From Ancylonema sp. (taxonomy: Eukaryota): DNA of 20,000 nucleotides. The position numbers were made by a program, and so were the translations under genes. The DNA lies in the NCBI GenBank assembly GCA_050230475.1, contig JBFLGF010000161.1, positions 49,293-69,292 on the forward strand, written 5' to 3'. Of this stretch, positions 1-9,107 are shown in pieces. Every line of letters begins with the position of its first letter. Within the stretch, counting starts at the first letter, position 1. The notes under the pieces were generated by a model. It made no database searches, was not told the origin of the DNA, and worked only from the letters and a program-made list of their open reading frames with translations.

Positions 1-25
1 CACGTGTGAGGATGGCACGATGTTA

Positions 26-1241
26 GACGATGATCTTCTTGACATGGAATGTTGATGGAATGTCTTCGAGGAAGTCAAACATATTTGTGTCACCCAACAT
101 GTGATATTCAGCTCCGTTGTCACAGACTCACTCCCTCTCTTCTCCATCACCATCTCCTATGCCCATGTTGATCTCCCCAATCAGCACCTCTGCATGTCCT
201 TGATCTTCCCCATCTGTTCCCTCCCCAAATCTTCCATGGCTACCTTGGCCTCTCCTTGCGCTACCAGCACCTCGACCCCTTGTTCCTGTACCACCGGATT
301 TGCCTCCCCTTGCAACTCCATTTGCCTTGCTGTAACATATTAACTCAATGTCTCTTACTCCTCCACACCATGTTCATACACTATCCTTCTTTGGGCACTC
401 TCTGCTCCAATGGTCCAACTCACCACATGTGAAACAATTCTCTTTTTTCCCTCCACTTCCTCTATCGCCTCGACCGCTGAGACTTCCCCTTCCTCTCCCC
501 CTAAAGCTCCCTCGACCCCTCGTAGACTGACAATAGACTTTTGTCGCCATTGCCGACGCTCCAGATTGCAGTGCCCTCCTCTTCTCTGTAGACTCTATAT
601 CATACATTCGATCCCAGATGTAGTCTATGGGTGGAGCTGGAGTTTGCGCGAAGTACGACTCACGAAGTATATCATACTTCTCTGGTAGAGCACCAAGGAG
701 TGTCTGCAACCGATCATTTGCTTCTATCATACCACCCTGTACTGTCACCTTGCGCAAGAGCTCATTGTACCTCTGCTTGATAGTAAGATTTGACTCATCA
801 CCACTGATTGTGAAGACAAGAAACTCTGTACGAGCTGATGATCGCTGCGCGGGTGTCACTTTATTGTAATCTGCTCCAAGTTGTGCCCACATGAGCATGA
901 ACATGAACATGAACATCGAGACTCATGACAATACTTTCGTCTACTGTGTGAGTGATGAGTGACGCGGCCTTCTTGGACCTCTTTCTCCAATCCTCGATTT
1001 CGACGTGTCTTTTCTCAACCTCCGCAATATTGACCGGAACATTTTCAGCATCCAAAACTTCTGCGATTTCAGGAGGCTCCATCTCTATACCGTTTACTAT
1101 TTCCAAACAGTCCTCTGCATCCACGATTGCCGTGACCTTTGTTCTCCACGGACCATAAGACAATGCGTCCTTCAACACTATCTTTTTTACATACTCTGAG
1201 GATCCGGAGCCAGAGGCTCTGATACCACTTGTGGACGCCAT
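26..1241 (-). pseudogene. gag-pol: Disrupted gag-protease reading frame of the copia element
   Basis: Starts MASTSGIRA (ATG 1241). There is a frameshift at the (catgaa)n micro-repeat ~889-917, a TGA at 374-376 replacing the first Cys of a second knuckle (*TWCGGVRDIELIC), and a TGA at 128-130 replacing the Trp of the W-x-x-D-S-G-A protease motif, here *VCDNGA. Confidence 0.88.
1216..1227 (-). other. Primer binding site complementary to the 3' end of initiator tRNA-Met
   Basis: Plus-strand gctctgatacca reads TGGTATCAGAGC on the minus strand, the canonical plant tRNA-iMet PBS. Confidence 0.95.
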
Positions 1242-1878
1242 GTTGACATACACTCTTGACTCAACTCTTCACTCACTCAGAACTCAAATAGTGCTCAATG
1301 ACTATTAACACATACACATACTCAGTTGCGTATTCACATACACTTTAAACTCATACACATTGTGCGCGACACATAGACAAAGCTTCTTTCATGAAAAGCA
1401 AGTAAAAACAAATATAGGAGAAGAATTGTCACTTCAGTGGTTTGGTAAGCGAATCTCGATCCGCTAGCCAAAAGTATGACCTTGGAACACGCAACCGAGT
1501 CCAAAGCATTCTAAAAACGACTTACGACCCTAGATACATCGAACGATCAATCTAAACCCGGTCATACACAATCTTCATAAATACGCACCAAGCTAGGCTA
1601 CGCCGTCGCCACGCCGTCACGCTGTCACTGACACAAAATCAATTACGAACTAAAATACACGCGTCACAATACTACCTATCTCCGATATAAGCACCAAACA
1701 CATTTCATAGGCGCACACTCACACACTACTAATTTCATAGACGCACACTCACACACAAAACCAAGAACGTCACCGATCACACCAAGAGTTCCCGTCAAAC
1801 TAAATTTGCAAATTTGGCCACCTAAATGTTTAATACTAATATAATATACAAGTAATGTTGCAGCACATATATCTCACA
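1230..1878 (-). repeat. 5' LTR of the copia element (~650 bp)
   Basis: The inner boundary is fixed by the adjacent PBS. The outer boundary is inferred from TGTG...CACA termini (plus strand tgtgg at 1230, tctcaca ending 1878) and a change in composition. It contains an internal 30-bp-period duplication (1702-1756). The partner LTR is not in the window. Confidence 0.7.
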
Positions 1879-2544
1879 CTTTCCTGGTTGATGCAGAGCT
1901 TTGGGTGATTGGAAGGTGATGGTCCTAGACCGCGCGGAAGTCTTCGTAAGTCACGGGCTGCGAGGCTTGGGACGTCTCACGATACGGAACGACATCACTA
2001 AAGGGAATATCATAGAAAGACAACTTTGAAACGTACATGAAATCAGTCGAAAGCACGCATTGTGTCAGAGTAAAAATAATGAAGTATTCAACCTTTATGC
2101 GTTCGAACGATATTGTGCAAAAACGTCAATTGATCAGTATCAACAAAGAGCTCACGAGATACTAAGAGTTTTGCGATGCACGCAGTCATTCACACATGGA
2201 TTCTACAAGGTTTCGCTGAGTCGGATTAGACTCAGCGAAAAGTTGGTGCAAAGCGGCTCACGGAGCTTACTCAAGACACACTTTGCCTGAATGTAGTGAT
2301 GAAAAAGAGCATATGGACGAGCTGCACCGATGTCCGTTGCTAGCGACGAAATATTGTAAGCGTCATCTGTGAATAAAATACATGTGTTTAACAAACGCTA
2401 CGAGGTCCATCCAACGTTCGAAGCGTGCTTTCCTCTGGATGCTAGTCCGCCACCTGGTGGACGCGCGAATCATTGCCTCGTATCCGAATGGATTGCCCCG
2501 TATCTATGTTCAGTGAGTACTCGTCATAGGCATACCTCTGGGAC

Positions 2545-2612
2545 ACGGGAGTTTTTTTGGCCTATAACGAGACTGTGCCCCTAACGAGTGTGCCTGTAAC
2601 GAGTATTTACTG
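2545..2612. mobile_element. Probable single terminus of a pogo-like (Tc1/mariner superfamily) DNA transposon relic
   Basis: The reverse complement reads CAGTAAATACTCGTTACAGGCAC..., resembling the CAGTAAAACCTC-type TIRs of Lemi1/Emigrant pogo elements. Three subterminal ...TAACGAG repeats are present. The flank is TT rather than TA and no partner end was seen. Confidence 0.45.
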
Positions 2613-2888
2613 TTGCTACAGCAAACGGTACCATCGGGTGCACCTGGTGACTACAGGAAGGGCTGCTCTAACCAGTCAAACTACGCCTCGTGCCTAAAAG
2701 TCGTTTGGTCCACCTGGCAATGCCCGTGATATCGTGCTCTAAGAGCATAGCTTGTGACCACACCTTTTCAGACCACCTTTTCGGTCGTTACCCGGCGGTT
2801 AACAAGCTATTATGAAGCTATATTTCAACATGCCTTATTTTATATTATTTTTCACACGTACGAAAAGTGGTCCCTGTTTATGACCACA

Positions 2889-2920
2889 CCTTATTCGACC
2901 TTATTCGACCTTATTCGACC
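2889..2920. repeat. Tandem 10-mer (CCTTATTCGA)x3 inside the MITE
   Basis: Directly visible: ccttattcga ccttattcga ccttattcga cc. Confidence 0.9.
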
Positions 2921-3044
2921 CCCCCACGTCATTCTGCATCCGTTCCCCTGCCGTTGAGTTATGATCTAGAATTAGTATACAGCATCTGGAGACGCAGGCC
3001 ACTTGGAGACGCAGACGAGCGATCGTTTTCGGTCTGGCGCGAAG

Positions 3045-3094
3045 TATTTCGCGATATTTCGTGATATTTCGCGATATTTCGCGATATTTCGCGA
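3045..3094. repeat. Tandem 10-mer (TATTTCGCGA)x~5 inside the MITE
   Basis: Directly visible: tatttc gcgatatttc gtgatatttc gcgatatttc gcgatatttc gcga. Confidence 0.9.
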
Positions 3095-4167
3095 AAAGCA
3101 CTAAATTCCCACGCGAGAAGAACGCTCGTCGAAGGGAACACGTCCAAAAGGTGGGCTGCCTTTTAAATGGCAGTCCACCTTTTGATGTTTTCGTTATAAA
3201 CGAAAAAGGTGTGGTCATAAACAGGGCCGCGAGCCCGGTTCCTACCTTATTTTGAAAATTTACAAAAGGTGGTGCCAAAAGGTGTGGGCACAAGCTATGC
3301 TCTAATATGTGTAAATAATTGTGGTCAAACGCGCGCCCGCTCAAAGAGCTAGTATGGCGGCATTGTTATAATGAGTACACGCTTCCGATCTTATACGTGC
3401 TGACAATAGCGGCACTCGATCGTACTGGACTGACATTATGGGGATGGAAGACGGCTGGATTGGGGTCGGATGTGGGGCTGGAAGTGGGGGTGTACGTACC
3501 TGAAAATAAGTCGAAACTGGCGGGTGGGGCGCTCGAAATTAATTGAAGACGGTCGGACGCAAGGGCCGGGGGGATGCGTAAATTAATTCGGGAGTCCCGC
3601 CCCAATTCCCACGTTGTTTGAGGCTGGGACCCATCACCACGAGCGTCTTTTCTGCACATTCTGACGCGTGGCGAGAGAATATTTGTCGTCGCCACATGGC
3701 GCATCGGGCCATCCGCGAGGCCAGGAAAGCAGCTGAGCTGTCACCGCATACGCTCCATACGCGCACTCAGCGCTACAGCACCTGGGCCACGCGGCTCAAG
3801 TGCAGCCCAGGTATTTGGGCTAGGTGCTGCCAAACAGTAATTCTAACTTTGACATGGAAATATTATGAAGCTCCTGCCTACATTATTTGGTTGATTCTCT
3901 ACCAGTTATTACCAATATAGATTTTTATCTTCCTTCCCTCGTAGATTCGATATGCGTTGAGCAGTATCAAGGGATCCTCGAAATCATCTACAACCTGTAC
4001 TCATAACAGAAGCCTGTCATTTGAGATATGAGCCGCCCTTTGCCCGTTCGCAAGAATCTGAGATTTTTGTGAACCTAGATAGCCTTCCTTCCAGCATAGG
4101 TCTAACATCCAACCGAGGTCAGTCGTAGTGTTCAGCTGTCCCTTTTTCTGGTAAAGTACTTGGAAGA

Positions 4168-5538
4168 ATGGCGAGCGTCCGCACGCTAGGCCACCACATT
4201 GCATCCCGATTGGTGGAGGTGGGATGCAGTGATTTTTTCACTGTGCCTGGGGATTTCAATCTTGTTCTGCTTGACCAGGTGAGTCAATTTGCTTCCAAAT
4301 AGCAATTTGCATTTAATTGCGTTTTCTGCCAAACAGGGACTTGTAGGCATTATATAGTCTACGGTCCTTCCTGTTTATTGTGTGAAACTTTTACACAGAC
4401 TAACTCACACCAGTAAATGGAACTTTCAGAAGCCAATTTGGTATGTATGCGACATAGTGATCCTAGATGTACCTCTTAGTTTTAGTACATTAGCCGTGTT
4501 CCTTGGGATCCATTTGCAGAGGCTGACTGCCTCTGCAATCAGCAAGGCTTACGTACACATCACATCAATTGTGAAGCGTCTAGAGCCCATCTCGAATGAT
4601 TACTTTTATTGGCTGCTGCCTTCCTCGAGTCTGTGCGTGCTGTAATTAAGACGCATCTACTCAATATGGACCCATTCTGCACTGAGATGTTACTGTTGTC
4701 AGATGTCAGATGATACTTTTGTCTCGCAAGGCACTATTAGAGATGTATTACAACATGATGGGAGTCTTATGGTCTCTATGGGGCTGCAAACACCACCGCT
4801 TCCTACGGTTGCCGTCAATACTGAAGCCTGTCGATTATTCATGTCCTTCTCTATTACATTTCAGGCCATTGGCCAGGAAGTGCTTTAGAACGTGCACGGA
4901 GTCAGTCAGTCCTTCTTAGTAAAAGTTGATGCTTGAAGCACATCGCACGGTCTGCTGCGATGTGCGTAGAAGGACAACTCACACTTTTTCCTTCCTGCTC
5001 CAGCTGATTTCAGAGCCGAAACTCAAGATGATCAGCTGCTGCAATGAGCTGAACGCCGGGTATGCAGCAGACGGGTATGCTCGAGCCAAGGTGAGCCTCA
5101 TTTCTATCATGCGGCAGAATGGCAGAATGTGAAAGTCTGTGAGCATTCTGGACGTTTCTGATCGCCAAAAAACTCAGAGTCTCAGGATGTGACACTCAGT
5201 CCTGTCTTGATATCGATAGGCATGGCGGTGTGCTATCTCCGCCGCAGCATCCTATGCTGTGACACAACATTATTTTACTAACATTATTTTTCGTTATACA
5301 TAGGATATCTATATACCTACATACCCATACCTATACACAATGTATGGAGGCATTTAGGTATATAGGTATACAGGTATGTATATATATATATATATAATGG
5401 TTGTAAAGGTATGTGTACAGGTGTACAGGTATTGAAGTATTTAGGTATACAGATATTTATGTAGACATAGAGTTGTCCTGGTATATGTAAATATTTAGGT
5501 ACATTGGTATACAGATATGTATGTATAAATACTTGTAC

Positions 5539-5591
<53 letters not shown>

Positions 5592-8500
5592 CATATATGT
5601 AAATAATCATTACAATCAGATACAGATGTATATCATTGTGAGTAATTATCATTGGTTTGTTGTAAGTAATTATGCGGTGGAAAATTATAAGTAGGTGTTT
5701 GTGTGGCGATTGTGAGGCATTGGAGGGCAGGGGTTGCTGATGCGGGTACGGTTAACCTTTGGGAACAGGGTGTGGCTTGCGTTGCCGTCACCTTCACCGT
5801 CGGGGGGCTCAGCGTTCTCAACGCCATCGCAGGAGCGTACAGGTATGTATGCCTGGAGCATAAGGGAGCATGAGGAACCATAAGAGACCATAAGGGAGAC
5901 TGCAATCTCGAGATCCATTCTGTCAGTCGCTACCATCCCTCAACTATTCACCCAGTGCCTGCTCTTACCGCGGCTGTCACAGACTGCAAATGTCGAAACA
6001 GACAGCCGGATTAGACGGGAATAAGCAATGGGAGGAGTTGTGGAAAGCACAATCTGGATATGACCCCCCCTCTATCTCTCTCTCTCTCTCTCTGTTTGGG
6101 TGAGCAGTGAGAACCTTCCGGTGATTTGCATCGTGGGCGGCCCCAACAGCAACGACTACGGCACCAGCAGCATCCTGCACCACACCATAGGGCTGCCAGA
6201 CTTCACGCAAGAGCTCACCTGCTTCAAACAAGTCACCTGCGCACAGGTGCACTCCACACACTCACCTCTCACCACGTCTGTCGGGCCTGTGCAAAAGAAG
6301 AAGCACAATCAGTTATTGAAAGAAAAAATAAAGAAAAAAAAAAAAAAAAACTTTGTGTACTGCTTACGTGCCAATTCTGTCCTTGTTGAAGAAGCTTAAT
6401 TTCTAAGAGTAGGGATTTCCGGATGGGAGGCGCTGATGTGGCACTCATCGCTGCAATGCCAGTCACTGAAGCTCATAGGTGTTCGCAGCGCTCAGCTGTG
6501 AGATAGGACGTACCTCGGTACATCTGACGCGTCAGGTCTGTTCGGCAGGCAGTGATCAGCGACCTCGATTCCGCCCACGAGAAGATCGACTTCCTCATCT
6601 CGGCCGCTCTCAAACACAGCAAGCCGGTATACATGTGCGTGAGCTGCAACCTGGCAGGACTGGGCCATCCCAGCTTCGGGCACACCCCTGTACCGTACCA
6701 CCTCAGCTCGAGGTAGGGGGGGGGGAGAAGGAGGTAGGGTGCATCGGGGACTGGGAGTCGAAAACTTCAGTTTAGCATGGAAATGGACCTAGGATCGACT
6801 CCATTTATTAGACTGCATCAAGCCTAGCGCAGACCCTGAAGTGATGTTCATGTGGTGGCAATGGAGGTATCGATGTCTTCAATGTGTACGTGAAAATGAA
6901 AGGATCCGAGAGCAGTGCCGCCCCTCTTCACCTCTGGTGTCTTGTTCCAGGACAAGCAACCGCCAGAGCTTGGAGGCTGCCGTGAAGTGTGCGTCAGACT
7001 TTCTGAACAAGGCGGTGAAGCCGGTCCTGGTGGGCGGACCGAACCTGCGGGTGGCCAAAGCGCAGAATGCATTTTTGCGGTTGGCAGACGCCTCCGAATT
7101 CGGCACGGCACTCATGCCGTCGGCGAAAGGCCAGTTTTCGGAAACGCACCCGCACTTCCTGGGGACGTACTGGGGGCCCGTCTCCTCCCCCTTCTGTATG
7201 GAAATCGTTGAGACTGCCGACGCTTATCTGTTCGCGGGGCCGCTATTCAATGACTACAGCTCAGTGGGGTACTCGCTGCTGATCAAGAAGGAGAAGATGA
7301 TACGGGTTGACGTGGATCGGGTGACGGTGGGGGGCCAGGAGACGTACGGATGTGTCCTCATGGCTGACTTCTTAGAGGGTCTGGCTGCAGCCGTCACCCC
7401 AAATAGGACTGCTGTGGAAAACTATGAACGGATCTTCGTACCCATGGGGGTGCCCCCCAAAGGGTGAGAAAGACGTGCCGCTGCGAACCAACATCTTGTT
7501 TCAGCACATCCAGGTGGGGCCCACTTTTAGGGTTGGGAATTTCACTCGAGGTTGGTCGACGCTCTGGTATTTCAAAGTGAGTAGGGCTCATTTTTTTGCC
7601 ATCATCATTGTTTGGTTGACCACATCGACGGTCGTGTGTCCTTCATCGGATGCTGACGTGGCGTGGTGCCTGGCGGCGTGTGCAGAGCATGCTGAGTGGT
7701 GAGTCAGCGGAGATTGCGGAGACCGGTGACTCGTGGTTCACCTGCCAGCAACTCAATCTGCCACCTGGATGCAGGTGAGTGACTCACCCCCCTGTACCTC
7801 TCTGGTATAAGCACGCGGCACACACAGCGCCTGCTGTGGTGACTGTATGCAGGTACGAGTTCCAGATGCAGTATGGCAGCATTGGGTGGGCAGTGGGGGC
7901 CACCTTGGGGTATGCTCAGGCCGCCAAGGAGAAGAGAGTGATAGCGTGCATCGGGGACGGGTCCTTCCAGGTAGTTTCGGGAGGGCGCTCTTATGGTGCC
8001 CATAGGATGGTGCTTGTATCGAGGGTGTCAACAAGATCCTTGTGCTTGTAGATTCTCCCGACCAATCCAGCTGAAAGAGGATGGGCTCATTTCATTTCTC
8101 AAACAAAGATGTGAAGAGGGGTCCGTATCCGTCAAAAGAAGTGTCGAGAAGTGTTTGCTGCACCCAGTTCGAAGACGCTTCTCCCTCTTCGAACCCAGAT
8201 GTGAACCATTCTTATGGTCAATGGGTGTGCCCTTGTGTTCAGGTCACGGCCCAAGACGTGTCCACCATGATGCGCTACGGGCAGAAGACAATCATATTTC
8301 TTATCAACAATGGGGGGTACACTATCGAGGTCGAGATCCATGACGGCCCTTATAACGTGATTCACAATTGGAACTACACGGCAATGGTGGAGGCCATAAG
8401 CAACGGACAAGGCGCATGCTGGACAGCGAAGGTACGTCACTCAAGGCTTATGGGAGCGGGAGGAATGATGCGTGATAGTGACCACCCGTTTGGAATGGAC

Positions 8501-9107
8501 AAAAAGATATGTATGGAGGAGAGCAAGGATTTCATTTGATCATCAAATATGAACGACGCTTCTGTGCTTCTTTTTGTAGAACGCAATCCGTATATGATCT
8601 GTGTGTCCTCCAAGGGGTCTTTACCTCGATTACACGCTAGTAGAGCTGTGCATCCCACCCACCGACCCACTCGCCCACCCGAATTCTCCGACATTGCATC
8701 CACATTGGATCGCAACTGCAAGTGGGCATGTGGGAATTGGGTGGCTGGGGTGGACAATTTGGCCATTTTGCCACCCTAGTGGGTAGTACCCACCCACCCA
8801 CACCCGATACGCACCGCGGGCGGGGTACAACGCTAGATGCTAGGATGTGAAGGGGTGTGGCCGTCCATGGGTGGTGTGAGAGAAGCTTAACCATTTCAGT
8901 ATTTGTGGTCACGACACTGTTGATTGGCTCACGCAGGTGAAAACGGAGGAGCAACTAGAGGAGGCCATCAAAACAGCTCTAGGACCAAAAGCCGATCACT
9001 TTTGCTTCATCGAAGTGGTAGTGCACCGTGACGACACGAGTCGAGAGTTGTTGGAGTGGGGCTCGCGAGTGAGTGCAGCCAACAACAGGCCGCCAAACCC
9101 ACAATGA
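4168..9107 (+). CDS. PDC: Pyruvate decarboxylase (thiamine diphosphate dependent, plant type), 10 exons, ~567 aa; +1 frameshift in exon 6 as assembled
   Basis: Exons 4168-4278, 5004-5090, 5769-5842, 6108-6246, 6549-6712, 6951-7513, 7686-7774, 7853-7970, 8243-8431, 8937-9107, all GT-AG with matching phases. Motifs: [69 protein letters not shown], the ThDP motif GDGSFQ...[10 protein letters not shown] and the C-terminus [19 protein letters not shown]. Summed length is 1705 nt (3n+1). Confidence 0.96.
5300..5635. repeat. AT-rich low-complexity/(TA)n microsatellite region in PDC intron 2
   Basis: (TA)n runs at ~5379-5396 and ~5542-5598, embedded in degenerate ggtata/gtatat repeats. Confidence 0.85.
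8641..8835. mobile_element. Probable degenerate hAT-type MITE (~195 bp) in PDC intron 9
   Basis: Ends TAGAGCTGTGC... and ...GTACAACGCTA form an imperfect TIR (TAG...CTA). The 8-bp flanks cacgctag and gatgctag match 6/8. Multiple internal CCCACC/GGTGGG motifs occur in both orientations. Confidence 0.5.

Larger units (their letters stand above)
1..1878 (-). mobile_element. Degenerate Ty1/copia LTR retrotransposon, 5' portion (5' LTR, PBS, gag, protease remnant); runs off or is truncated at the left edge
   Basis: On the minus strand, PBS TGGTATCAGAGC (1227-1216) lies 2 nt after an LTR end (...CA at 1230). It is accompanied by copia-type gag (YGPWRTKVTAIVDAEDCLEIVNG...KKAASLI; LLGALPEKYD), a zinc knuckle CFTCGELDHWSREC and a protease motif relic *VCDNGAEYHM. 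Confidence 0.93.
2743..3302. mobile_element. Tourist-like (PIF/Harbinger) MITE, 560 bp
   Basis: TIR GAGCATAGCTTGTG(A/C)CCACACCTTTT matches 25/26 and extends imperfectly to ~39 bp. It is flanked on both sides by TAA (2740-2742 and 3303-3305). No recognisable coding capacity. Confidence 0.88.

Noticed and set aside
2901..3344. 147-aa ORF as a MITE-encoded protein
   Set aside because: No transposase or Myb/SANT motifs; it crosses the element boundary and partly translates tandem repeats.
5317..5652. Ile/Tyr-rich 111-aa ORF
   Set aside because: Translation of (TA)n low-complexity intron sequence.
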